From assembly GCA_963663405.2 (NCBI GenBank), contig CAXXSM010000118.1, forward strand, positions 128,001 to 192,000: DNA of 64,000 bases. Reading direction: 5' to 3'. The first letter of the stretch is position 1. Each line of letters begins with the position of its first letter. This DNA is from a bacterium (GTDB lineage Bacteria; Hinthialibacterota; Hinthialibacteria; Hinthialibacterales; Hinthialibacteraceae). The notes under the pieces are model-generated. The model was not told the DNA's origin and did no database searches. It worked only from the letters and a program-made list of their open reading frames with translations. This document shows positions 29,478 to 40,289 of the stretch, piece by piece. A program made the translations under genes and the position numbers.

Positions 29478-32204
29478 ATGAGAAGAACCGCTCTAGTATT
29501 CATCTTTTTACTTATTATTGTCTTCTTGCTTGTACTTGTTATTAATCAATCAGAAAATCGCGATCCAAAGCAATCTGATGTGAAAATTACTTATGGTCCT
29601 CCGCCTTCTCAAGATAAGATTATTCAATTCACAATTGAAGCCGATGAAACCGGGCAATCTGCGCCTACAGTTAAATCAGAGAATCGAGTTACCGATTCGA
29701 CTCCGGTTGAAACAACGTATCATCAAGCAGAAAGATGTTTGCTGATTCAAGATGCCATAGGTCAAGGGATTCAACATGGGAAGATTTCTTTGGCCACGGA
29801 GGCGTATGATTTTTGGGAAGGGCGTTTTGGCCTTCCGGTTTTGTTAGGGGGAGAAATACTCGTCACGGTTAAAGCGGAAGGTTATTTTTCCACTAGTTAT
29901 CCAATCAATTTCGATCAACAATCATTCGAACCTATCATTCTTGAATACAAATCTGCTTTTACGATTCTTGTTTTGAATCATAACGGATTACCATGCGGCA
30001 ATGCGGCCGTTCGTTTGATGAAGGTTTCATCTCCCATTCGACCAACCATAGTAGAATCATCTATCGCCACTAGCCGCGGATATTTGCCTTCAATTAATGT
30101 TGTGAATCGAAAAGAAGGTGATTGTGTTGTTGCCAGCGCCAACCGTTTAATCCATAAAAATAATACGGTCATTCTTCCTTATGGACAAACCAAGCCGAAA
30201 TTAGGGGATCAACTCATCTCCGTTGGTAATTGTTCATGGAATTCTTCCATATCCCCCTTCTACTTCACTCAGAAAATTGCTTGGTTTAACTATGTTTATT
30301 TTCCAATTATTACAGAAAAATCTTCCATGCTCCGGATGTGGGATACATTAACTTACTCAAAGGCAAGCGCAGAAGGATATTGTTGTACGGCAAAAGAATA
30401 TTGCGAAATTAGAAGGAATGGAGAACGCGGTTTTTATTTTCTTTCCTTTCCTGACTGTATGCCAAATCCATCCATCGTGAAAGAGGCAAAAACGAATGTG
30501 AAAGGTGAATGCCAATTTATCGATCTATATCCTGCCTTATATTATGTCCAAGCATTTAACGGAAATAGTCACAGTGATTTGGTACCGCTGCATCCTTCCT
30601 GTTCGGGTACGCAATTGACACTTGTCGATTCGAGCGAGGTTTTTGTGCGAGTAAAAAGGAGTGGAATCAAATCAAATAATCAAGCGTATCATGTTGTAGA
30701 AGATATTCCTGTAATTCTAAAATCGTTAGAAGGGAAAGGCATTTTCTCAACCAATACAGATTTTGATGGATTCTCCTGTTTTCAAAACGTACCTTTTGGA
30801 GATTATGAACTCGTTGTAAGTACACCGAATGAGATTGTTAATGAAAAAGTCATAATTGATACGCTGGAAGAAAAATTTACCATCCAATTAAAAAGCTGGG
30901 AACGATACACCGTTTCGGGTACAGTAATTGATAAAGAAACGAATCTCCCTGTCACTGGATTTGAATTATCTCTTTGTTATGAAGCGCGTTTTGAGATGAA
31001 AGGTGAGCATTCTACCACAATCTCCGATTCTGTGGGGAGATTTATGTTCGAGGATGTAATACCCGGTACTTATTCAATAGGTGGTAAAATACCTGCGAAT
31101 ACTGACAAAATGTCCTCTCTTGAAACAATACAATACTTATCTAAATTTGAAAGTTCTATGTTAGAAAGTTTTTTAATGGCTTCTGATACCTATGGATCAA
31201 GAAAACAAATCGCTGTTAGTAACGATAATATTGAGAATTTAGTTATTCCTGTAGAGAAAGTGATACAAACTCATTTGGCTGGGAAAGTAATCTATAAAAA
31301 TGGAATTCCCGCAGAGGAAATACCCATAACAATAACCGCAAAGTATCCAACACGGATGCAAGCATCTTCTTTTCTAGCAACTGTACCTAATGAACCTAAG
31401 ACTGACACTAAAGGCCATTTCGAATTCACAATCATTAGTGATACATTTCAGACTGACAAACCGATAGAATTACGACTTACCGCAACAAAAGGACAAATAA
31501 TTCCAAGTTATTGGGAACAAAAGGAGGATGATTCCTATGAATTTATTGAGTCAAAGACCATCCCCTATTTTTTGGGTAGCACGAATGTTAGTGGATTTCC
31601 CGGCGATACATTTGACGATATTGTCATTGTTTTATCTGCAGTAGAGAATAAAATAATAGGCGGTAAATTACTTTCTGAAGAAAATGACTACTCACAACTA
31701 ACAATATACGCTTATCAAAATAATCAAAATCTGCCTATACAAATCAATTCGATGGGAGAATTCAATATCCATAATGTTGAATCAGGAATAGTCAATATTT
31801 TGCTTCACCCACGCTATTATACATTTATTGATACTTCATTTGGAAAACAGAGGTCTATAAAATACATATTACAAAATATTCTTATTAATGTGCCGGAAAA
31901 CGAACAATATGTGAATGCTGATATTTCACTGTCACCCGCAGGCTATTTTTGGGGAGTCGTCTTAAATGCACAAGCGCAGCCAGTTCCTGGAGTATTAGTA
32001 ATATTAAGACGATATTCAGACAACAAGAGAATCTATAGTGATTTCACTAGCGAAGATGGATTTTACTTTATTAACGAGCATAATGTAAACATGGATGATG
32101 TTTATTATCTTTCCTGTTATTACACAAATAACTTTGACAATCCCGTTTGCCGTTCTTCACCAATGAAGCCAAATCAAGAAAATATTCAACTTGTTATCCA
32201 TTAA
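29478..32204 (+). CDS. Large membrane-anchored protein with carboxypeptidase-regulatory-like (transthyretin-like) repeats
   Basis: N-terminal TM; repeated VSGTV.D...P...TD..G.F.F..v.PG.Y; AT-rich. Confidence 0.8.
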   Translation: MRRTALVFIFLLIIVFLLVLVINQSENRDPKQSDVKITYGPPPSQDKIIQFTIEADETGQSAPTVKSENRVTDSTPVETTYHQAERCLLIQDAIGQGIQHGKISLATEAYDFWEGRFGLPVLLGGEILVTVKAEGYFSTSYPINFDQQSFEPIILEYKSAFTILVLNHNGLPCGNAAVRLMKVSSPIRPTIVESSIATSRGYLPSINVVNRKEGDCVVASANRLIHKNNTVILPYGQTKPKLGDQLISVGNCSWNSSISPFYFTQKIAWFNYVYFPIITEKSSMLRMWDTLTYSKASAEGYCCTAKEYCEIRRNGERGFYFLSFPDCMPNPSIVKEAKTNVKGECQFIDLYPALYYVQAFNGNSHSDLVPLHPSCSGTQLTLVDSSEVFVRVKRSGIKSNNQAYHVVEDIPVILKSLEGKGIFSTNTDFDGFSCFQNVPFGDYELVVSTPNEIVNEKVIIDTLEEKFTIQLKSWERYTVSGTVIDKETNLPVTGFELSLCYEARFEMKGEHSTTISDSVGRFMFEDVIPGTYSIGGKIPANTDKMSSLETIQYLSKFESSMLESFLMASDTYGSRKQIAVSNDNIENLVIPVEKVIQTHLAGKVIYKNGIPAEEIPITITAKYPTRMQASSFLATVPNEPKTDTKGHFEFTIISDTFQTDKPIELRLTATKGQIIPSYWEQKEDDSYEFIESKTIPYFLGSTNVSGFPGDTFDDIVIVLSAVENKIIGGKLLSEENDYSQLTIYAYQNNQNLPIQINSMGEFNIHNVESGIVNILLHPRYYTFIDTSFGKQRSIKYILQNILINVPENEQYVNADISLSPAGYFWGVVLNAQAQPVPGVLVILRRYSDNKRIYSDFTSEDGFYFINEHNVNMDDVYYLSCYYTNNFDNPVCRSSPMKPNQENIQLVIH

Positions 32205-32398
32205 ATGGAATGTATTGAAAAATACTTGTTTTTTTATATTATATTTGACACACAGGGAAATATCATGCAATATTTAAACAATAGAATATTATCAATCATG
32301 CTTTTTGTGTTTTGCCGTTTTCAAAGGACTCTGTTTACATAAATTTCACAAGAAGAAATTTAGAGAAAAATTAAATCAACATTTAATGAAGAGATAAT

Positions 32399-35098
32399 AT
32401 GATGAGCAAGGTATCTTCCACGAAATTACTGTTCACCTTTTCGATTATTCTATTTATCATCACTCTAATATTTCTCGGACTTATTTCCAATCATTTTTTT
32501 CATCCAAAACGAATCTCATCAGATCATCCAGTACTGGTCACTCCGGAGCCATACGAAGAAGATAATAATCAAGGAAATCCAACGGCGGAGGAATGTTCTC
32601 TCGTTCGTGTAAGGGGGACTGTAGTCGATGAAAATGACGCTGGATTCAACAATGTATCAATACAAGCCGAATCAGAATTGACCAATACCATAACATATAG
32701 TCTTTCTACGGATACGTATGGAAGATTTTTATTAAAAATGGAACCAGGATCGTATCTGTTTACGATATCTTCGGAGGATGCGATTGTTTCTTCATCACGA
32801 ACGGTTCAGATTGTTTCTTCAGTCAGCCTGCATTTTTCACTTCCCCGGAAAAATCGTATTACTGGGCGGATTGTAAATGAAAGTGGGGAACCAATAGAAG
32901 GCGCTCAGCTTTCGATATCGGCTATCCGAAATCCAAACCGGTTGAAGGTTGAAGCGGCGGCGGCTTCTGTGAGTAATTGCACGTATTCAACTCAGAGCGG
33001 GCCATCCGGTCAGTTCGATTTCTTTCCTATTTGGCCAGGTCAATACGCGTTGACAGCGCAAGCGCCGGGCTTCCTTCCGTACGAAGAATTCGATGTGAGA
33101 ACCGGGAATGAGAAACAGATTATCGTTTTAAAAACCAAAACGGATTTGCAGATCACTGTGGTAGATAATAAGGAGGAGCCTATCTTTCTTGCTGTTGTGA
33201 CTTTGAAGGCAATCTCCTCAACGGGTGTCTTTATTGATGAACAAGAAACGGCGCAAAACGGGGAATGCTCTTTCAAGAATCTCTTGCCAGGCACATATTC
33301 TCTCCATGCGAGTCATCATAAATATGTTTCGACGCCTCGAAGCCAAATGGAAGTTACTTTAGGCAGCCGGAATCATTACCGTTTGTATTTACAGCGGTCC
33401 GGTCATACTGTTTCCGGTGTAGTCTTGGAAGAAGAGAGTCGAAAACCAGTTCCGAATTTTTATATGCAACTCAAACCGGAGAGTTGGAGTATGGTTGGGG
33501 CACCTGCGATCGCTTCCGCTTCCAGTAATCAACAAGGTGAATTTGAATTGCTTCTCATTCCTGAAGGCCGTTACTGACTGGTTGAAAAAGGGGACGCTAA
33601 TTATAAACACTCTCATTCGTCTTTCTGGATATCGGACGAAACCTATATTCCAACGATTACAGTGACAGACACGGATGTGAAGGACATTATCTTTTGGGTG
33701 GCACCCAAAGCCCCTATATCAGGCCATGTGCTTTCACAGGAACGTCAGCCGATTTCAAGAGCGTTTGTCGCCTTGGATTTAGGAGGATTATGGAGAACGA
33801 TTCATTCCTCGCCAGAAGGTTATTATCAGATGAATACTCTTCCTTTGCTGCCAAAAAACGAAAAGCGGATAGCCCAACTTTCGGCGTATCATAAACAATA
33901 CGGATTCGGTAAAACCCATCCTTTTACGTATACGTCAGGAGAGCGATTGACGAATGTTGATATCACTTTAACGAAAGGTTTCCTATTGTCCGGAAGAGTG
34001 ACACAACCAGATAACGCGCCAATCGAAGGCGTGGTTGTTCAGTTCTTGGATAGTAAAGAAGGAACGGGTCTTTCGTGGCAGGCTCTCACGGATAGCGATG
34101 GAGAATACTGTTTTGAAGAAGCGTTACCCAATTGGGAAGGCGCCTTGATCGCAAAAGCTCTCGGTTATGATCCAAAGAAAAAAAATCTATCGATTTCCGC
34201 GGGGAAAAATGAAGAACGAATTGATTTTGTTTTGATCCCGAATGGCAAAGAAGCGGTGATCACAGGGATTGTTGTAGACCGGAATGGACGCCCGCTAGAA
34301 AGAGTACGTTTGTTGATTCAAGAATCCGGTTCGAACCAGGGAATGCGGTATACCGAACAAATCACGTCAAGTGATGGGCACTTTGAAATTACAGATCTCT
34401 ATCCAAACGGAGCGTACAATATCAGCGCGGCCATGCTCACGTATTCATTTTTAGAAACAACTGTTTTTGGGATTCCAGCCAACAGTGAAAATATTGTCAT
34501 TACTCTTTGGTTTGAGCCAGTAAAGGTTTCTATAAGCCTGGATGACTCAGCGCTATCAGAAGAGGTAAAAAACGGTATTTTATTTGTTTATCCTGAAACA
34601 TCAGAATTTATTCAGCAAGATACGTATCCGATATCAAGTCAACAATCTGCGGTAGTTTTACTCAAGGAGCCGGGGCAATTCAATTTCGAAGTGAAAAATC
34701 CTCTCTTCCGGGGATTCGAATCTATGATAATAACGGAAGAGAGCCTAAAGCAAATCAATCTCACAATCCATCTTAAACCAGCGGATTCATTCATTGTTTA
34801 TTTTTTTGCTAAATATCACAACGGTCAGCTTTACGATCAACCATATCGCGCTCGTTTGCGTTTACAAACACAAGAAGGCCAACAACCATATGAAAATGCC
34901 CGGCACGTTCAACCCTTGGATAATAATGATCCAGAACTGATGGGAGTGGCGGATTTTCTCGTTTATGAGGAAGGCGTCTATGAATTGACCGTCTGGGATC
35001 AATGGAACAATACAATCGAAAGAACAATATTATCACTCGATCCTTTAATGGGAAAAGATCATGGATTTGTACGATTCCCTGATGTTGTTTTTCCATAG
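32399..35098 (+). pseudogene. Second carboxypeptidase-regulatory-like repeat protein (899 codons) split by one in-frame TGA
   Basis: ORFs 32399-33577 and 33662-35098 share a frame and the gap is open: PEGRY*LVEKGDANYKHSHSSFWISDETYIPTITVTD. Confidence 0.8.
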
Positions 35099-35334
35099 TT
35101 AAATAGCAAAATCAACACAGAACTTACCCCCTGATGTATCCAATTGCCTTGCAAGGATTAAATCGCCATTTTCATGAAATAAATCGAATAACTTTATCTC
35201 TCCAATCCATTTCATTCCAAAGCGCAATATCCACGTGTGGTTGGATAATCTTTCCAAGTCTATCAATCGTTACTAGAATACAGTTGATGTCAGAGAACAT
35301 AATACCGCTTTACACGTGGAGGAGATTGCTATAG

Positions 35335-36432
35335 ATGGACATTTCCGCGCTTTTAAAAACATTGACGGTGGAAGGGGCTTCTGATTTATATTTGAAAGTC
35401 GGTCTTCCTCCCTCCATTCGAGTGCATGGCAATGTAATGAGAATGGACGCGGCCGCCGTGACGGACGCAGATATGGACGCAGTAATCAAGCTATTATTGA
35501 CGGACCACCAGTTGCGAATCTTTCAAGAACGGCCCGATTTGGACTTCGCTCACGCGCTGGATTCAGGAAATCGGTTCCGGATCAACCTATTTCGTCAGCA
35601 GGGACATATCGGTCTTGTGGCCCGCGCCATACACGACGCCGATTTGTCGTTCATTAAACTACATCTGCCACCTGTCGTGCGGGAGATGGCGGAACTGCCG
35701 CGCGGTTTGGTGTTAATTACCGGCGCGACGGGCAGCGGCAAATCGACGTCGCTGGCGGCGATGATCACGCATATTAATAAAAATTTCTCCCGGCACATCG
35801 TCACGGTGGAAGATCCAATCGAATTCATTCATACGGATCAGAAATCAGTGATCAACCAACGGGAGGTAGGCTTTGACACACACAGTTTCGGAGACGCCCT
35901 GCGGCATGTCGTGCGGCAAAGCCCGGACGTGATTCTCATCGGTGAGATGCGCGACAACGAAACGATGATGACGGCGATCGCCGCCGCCGAAACAGGGCAC
36001 CTGGTTTTAACGACTCTGCATACAGCGGATGTCTCCCATACATTGGACCGGATCATTAACTATTTCCCCGACCATCTAAAGAATCAGGTGCGGCAGGAAC
36101 TAGCGTTATCGCTGGAGGGAATTCTCTGCATGCGTTTGGTACGGCGCGCCGATGGAAAAGGACGGATTCCCGCTTTGGAGATCCTGCGCACGACTTCAAG
36201 TGTAAAACAAGCGTTACTGGATGGGGAGTTGTGGCGTTTGAAAGAATTGATGCAGAAAGGGCGTGAATTCGGGATGCAGACGTTCAATCAGTCTTTGCTG
36301 GATCTCCATCAGCAGGAAATTGTCACGTTTGAAGAAGCGATGCGCGCATCCACGAATCCGGAAGAGTTCAAATTGAACGCGCAAGGGATGTTTACCGGTA
36401 CGGATTCGGTCGCTCTCTACAATCAGGAATAG
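35335..36432 (+). CDS. pilT: PilT/PilU type IV pilus retraction ATPase
   Basis: ASDLYLKVG, RFRINLF, TGATGSGKST, TVEDPIE, QREVG, PDVILIGEMRD, AETGHLVLTTLH, GMQTF. Confidence 0.9.
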   Translation: MDISALLKTLTVEGASDLYLKVGLPPSIRVHGNVMRMDAAAVTDADMDAVIKLLLTDHQLRIFQERPDLDFAHALDSGNRFRINLFRQQGHIGLVARAIHDADLSFIKLHLPPVVREMAELPRGLVLITGATGSGKSTSLAAMITHINKNFSRHIVTVEDPIEFIHTDQKSVINQREVGFDTHSFGDALRHVVRQSPDVILIGEMRDNETMMTAIAAAETGHLVLTTLHTADVSHTLDRIINYFPDHLKNQVRQELALSLEGILCMRLVRRADGKGRIPALEILRTTSSVKQALLDGELWRLKELMQKGREFGMQTFNQSLLDLHQQEIVTFEEAMRASTNPEEFKLNAQGMFTGTDSVALYNQE

Positions 36433-36546
36433 ACTGAATTCAATTTTACCAATCTTGATATGTTCCGTACAGATTTCATTCCTCTGCGGATTTGATCGAT
36501 ACTCTATCACCTTCCTTTCTTATTTCGTTACAGGAGAATATGCAGA

Positions 36547-37695
36547 ATGCCGCGTAACTGTATGTGGATTGGGTTATCTCTATTATTTGTATGGCCTGTT
36601 TTGGCGGAAGAGCGAACAGTTATTCATTCTCTATCTGATTATTCACCACCGAAAATCGAATTGGAATGGACTGTTCCCGGTCCGGTTTCAGAAGCGACCT
36701 GCGCGCTCTTTTGGGATCATGTGAAGAGCGGTGAACTGGTTGTATGGAAGCCGGTTCCTGGATGGATCCCGTCTCCGGCTACATCAACGACTTTTCAAGG
36801 ATCGCATAGGGAAGAATATCAATTTCGAATTGCAAAAACATCCCCCCCCGGACGTGAAATGATGACGCTCGTCGATTACGAACGAAAAAGCGATATGCGC
36901 CGATTTACCTATTTCGGTTACCAGGTCGGGATCAATGGTGGATTTGAATTCGAGACGGAGAATCCAATTGAAGGAAAGCGAAGCATGACGATGTATTTCC
37001 AGCGCGGGAAAAAGGAATACAAAGATTTAGCGCCGGACATCCAGATCGGTTTTCCCTATATTGATACTGAAATTGAGCGGGATTGGTCATCGTTCCAGTA
37101 TTTAGAATTCCTGTATTGGCTTGACGCGCCAAGTGATATGAATCTATTTATCCGGTCGGCGTCGAAAGAATGGACCGCGCCGGTTCTTTCATTTTCTGAA
37201 ACAGGAGACGCATTGCGGCAATGGCATTCGATCGTTGTGGATTTAGATAAAGAGTTCGGCTCTCCCGAAGAGAGAACGCTGATCAAGAGTCTTGCGTTTT
37301 TAATTCCTGAAAAAAAGGTGGATCAAAAACAAGGCCATTCATTCAAACTGGACACTCTCAGGCTCTGGGCCTCACGGGATTTTTACCCCACCCAAATCGA
37401 CGCCACACCTCCTCCACTACCTCGAAATATCGAATATCAAATCCAAAACGGAAAAATCGAATGGACCTGGGACGCGCCGGAAGAAGATCTTTCTGAGATC
37501 AAGGGATACACCTGCGATTTTGTGCGAAACCGGAATATGGCGATGCCGGATCAGATTCTTACAACGGAGACACAGATATCCTTTCCATTCCAGAAACCAC
37601 CCTATTACGCCGTCTTTTATTTCCGGATCAGGGCGCAGAATACGGCTGGAGTTTGGTCGGATGTTGTTACGAAAAGCGTTGTTTGTAAACCATGA
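36547..37695 (+). CDS. Secreted protein with a CBM-like domain and a C-terminal FN3-like domain
   Basis: Signal peptide; DWSSFQYLEF..W; DATPP..P...WTW...FRIRAQNTAGVWS. Confidence 0.65.
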   Translation: MPRNCMWIGLSLLFVWPVLAEERTVIHSLSDYSPPKIELEWTVPGPVSEATCALFWDHVKSGELVVWKPVPGWIPSPATSTTFQGSHREEYQFRIAKTSPPGREMMTLVDYERKSDMRRFTYFGYQVGINGGFEFETENPIEGKRSMTMYFQRGKKEYKDLAPDIQIGFPYIDTEIERDWSSFQYLEFLYWLDAPSDMNLFIRSASKEWTAPVLSFSETGDALRQWHSIVVDLDKEFGSPEERTLIKSLAFLIPEKKVDQKQGHSFKLDTLRLWASRDFYPTQIDATPPPLPRNIEYQIQNGKIEWTWDAPEEDLSEIKGYTCDFVRNRNMAMPDQILTTETQISFPFQKPPYYAVFYFRIRAQNTAGVWSDVVTKSVVCKP

Positions 37696-37755
37696 TAGTG
37701 AACGTTTCTGTGATATAATTACAGTCAAACATTTAAATTATCCAGGAGGCAGGAA

Positions 37756-38220
37756 ATGCGTCTTTATCTCGCGCAACATGGGGAAGCGGAGCCGAAAAAA
37801 AACAATCCGGACCGGCCATTAACCGTGAAAGGATCGTTCGACGTTAGGAAGATCGCTGTATTTCTCGAAAGCGCCGGTGTTCGTGTCACCGATATCTGGC
37901 ACAGTGGAAAAATTCGCGCGCGGCAGACCGCTGAAATTCTGGCGCAGGCTTTGAAGGCTAACGGGAATGTTAAACAACGCGAAGGTTTGGCGCCGAATGA
38001 TCCAGTGGATGAGATCAAAGCGAAAATTGACAATCGAAAAGAAGATTTGTTGATTGTGGGGCATTTACCCTTCTTGGCGAAGTTGGCTTCCTTGTTGATT
38101 ACAGATGATGAGACGAGGAATGTGGTAATATTCCAGACGGGATGCGTTCTTTGTCTTGAACGCGATGAGGATAGTGGATGGTCTGTGTGTTGGATGGCGC
38201 CTCCGGATTTACTCACATAA
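37756..38220 (+). CDS. sixA: Phosphohistidine phosphatase SixA
   Basis: LYLAQHGEA, RPLT, HSGKIRARQTA, VGHLP. Confidence 0.9.
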   Translation: MRLYLAQHGEAEPKKNNPDRPLTVKGSFDVRKIAVFLESAGVRVTDIWHSGKIRARQTAEILAQALKANGNVKQREGLAPNDPVDEIKAKIDNRKEDLLIVGHLPFLAKLASLLITDDETRNVVIFQTGCVLCLERDEDSGWSVCWMAPPDLLT

Positions 38221-38256
38221 ATTTTTTACGTTTTGATTGAGCCACTACATCAATTC

Positions 38257-39771
38257 TCATATCAACCATTTATCAATAGCATTTCTCATCCCTTTCTTTA
38301 TGATATCTTCAAGACTTCGGCTAACCGCATCACACAAACCATCAATCAATGTTAAATCTTGCCCCCATAATTCCTCGTTGGATATGATGTTTTTAACGAG
38401 CGTAGACACGTCGTTATCTTTTTCATACGTTTCCCACTGCGTATTAATAAATTGTATTGAATCCATCTCGTCCTGAATGGGGTATTCTTCCCCGCCTCGC
38501 TGTCCCAAACTTCCATCTTTAGTCGTTCGCGCGCTGCGGTAGAAGAAAAGCAACACAGCGAGAGAGGAGGATAGGAGCGGCGGTATTCTTTGTTTGATTC
38601 GGATGTACTCAAGGATAGATGGGAGGATGCGAACTTTCCATTTTTGAATCGAGTGGACGGAAATGGTCAGGAGTTCGTGATGGATGAATGGATTCTTGAA
38701 TCGTTCCAAAACCGATTCCGCATACGGCTTCTTCTCCCTTTCATCAATCGGGAGAACGGGAAGAATTTCTTCGAATATGACTGCGCGAAGGTATTTCGAA
38801 AACAATTCTTCTTCCATCATTTCCCTGACTGTATTTAATCCTGCGATGTACGCTGCCAGTACGGAGGCGGTATGCGAACCATTCAGGACTCGTATTTTCC
38901 GGTTGCGATAGGCGGAGAGATCGTTCGTCCAGATCACATTTAATCCCGCTTCGTAAAACGGGATCTCTTCCGCGAGATGTTGAGGGCCTTCGATCACCCA
39001 TAGATGAAAGACCTCACCCATTGTCAATAGGGTGTCTTGATAACCGAGTTCCTGGAAGAGTGTTGGAGCGTCATCGTGGGGATAGCCGGGAACGATCCGG
39101 TCAACAAGAGTATTGACGAAATAGCAACCATGTTCGATCCATACTCTGAAATCATCTTCGAATCCCCATTCTTCTGATAGTTGAATAATAATGGATCGAA
39201 GGATGTCTCCATTTTGTTCGATCAATTCACATGGAATGACAATAACGCCTTTCGACACATCGCCTTGGAAATATTGATATCGCTCATGCAAAAAGGCCGT
39301 GACTTTTCCGGGGAAAGAGTGCGGGCATTGATCTGTTCTAAATGATTCCTGTTGATACGTAATGCCCATCTCTGTTGTATTGGAAAACAGGAATCGGAGA
39401 TCGGGATTTCGGGCGCATTCTAAAACAGCCCACCATTCTTGATAGGGATTGATTCCCTTTTGAATCACGGTGATGAGATGCCGTTCATCGATGATCTCAC
39501 CCTGTTCGATTCCACGAAGAACGGCTGTATAGAGACCATCCTGTTCGTTAATCTCTACAATACGCCCTTCTTCAATCGGTTGAACGACGATGACTTTTCC
39601 GTTCCATAAACCTTTACGATTCAATTCATCCAGCATCCAATCCATGAAGGTTCGGAGAAAGTTCCCTTCCCCGAACTGAATCGCGCGGACGGGAAAATCA
39701 TCGAGTGGACCGACGGTTAAATTTTGCGTGTCGCTGATTTGCGAGAGCATCTTCTTGGATAGGCGTTCCAT
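38257..39771 (-). CDS. uxaB: Tagaturonate (altronate) oxidoreductase
   Basis: IQFGEGNFLR, SNTTEMGI, SFPGK, PCELI, TLVDRIVPG, RVLNGSHT, ERFKNPFIHH. Confidence 0.92.
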   Translation of the reverse strand: MERLSKKMLSQISDTQNLTVGPLDDFPVRAIQFGEGNFLRTFMDWMLDELNRKGLWNGKVIVVQPIEEGRIVEINEQDGLYTAVLRGIEQGEIIDERHLITVIQKGINPYQEWWAVLECARNPDLRFLFSNTTEMGITYQQESFRTDQCPHSFPGKVTAFLHERYQYFQGDVSKGVIVIPCELIEQNGDILRSIIIQLSEEWGFEDDFRVWIEHGCYFVNTLVDRIVPGYPHDDAPTLFQELGYQDTLLTMGEVFHLWVIEGPQHLAEEIPFYEAGLNVIWTNDLSAYRNRKIRVLNGSHTASVLAAYIAGLNTVREMMEEELFSKYLRAVIFEEILPVLPIDEREKKPYAESVLERFKNPFIHHELLTISVHSIQKWKVRILPSILEYIRIKQRIPPLLSSSLAVLLFFYRSARTTKDGSLGQRGGEEYPIQDEMDSIQFINTQWETYEKDNDVSTLVKNIISNEELWGQDLTLIDGLCDAVSRSLEDIIKKGMRNAIDKWLI

Positions 39772-39950
39772 AATAACTATCCATTTCTTTTTATTTTGAT
39801 TTTTTTTATACCAAACGGGATAGCGATTATTGTACTGTCAGAATGCGGTATTGAACAATGAAAGCGCAGAAAAACATAAAGGCTCCGGCGCAAGGGCCTA
39901 TGTTTGCTCTTGGCGCCCATTCTGGTACAAGCGCCGACCTTAAGCCTTTT

Positions 39951-40217
39951 CTACTTGGGCTTTTTGTAAATTGCCTTCAGTAGTGAATAGATTCCTGCGT
40001 ATTGATAGCGGCTGTCTACGTAATTTTCGAGTACGTAAAATAAGAAATAATAAAACCTTGCTGATGACCATATGACCATTATGAGCAAGAACAATGTTTC
40101 GAAATCAAAATGTTTTACTATGAGTATTCCTGATGACGCTGCTAAGAGGAAAAGAAATAGGAAGCCTTTGAAGATAATGAGATTTTTATTTTTTATATCT
40201 TTACTCTTCATATTCAC
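39951..40217 (-). CDS. Small membrane protein
   Basis: Hydrophobic segments; KGFLFL...WSSARFYYFLFYVLENYVD. Confidence 0.65.
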   Translation of the reverse strand: MNMKSKDIKNKNLIIFKGFLFLFLLAASSGILIVKHFDFETLFLLIMVIWSSARFYYFLFYVLENYVDSRYQYAGIYSLLKAIYKKPK

Positions 40218-40289
40218 TATTTCGAGTTCAGCCAGATCTTTTTAGAATTGGATAGAATTTGGCATTTTCATGGGACTGAATTCAGTTGT

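Noticed and set aside
23209-33577. TGA reassignment or selenocysteine as the explanation for two in-frame TGA codons
   Set aside because: TGA is the evident stop of maf, wzt, cysK, aroB and others. Neither site is in a redox Cys-type context, and I saw no convincing SECIS.
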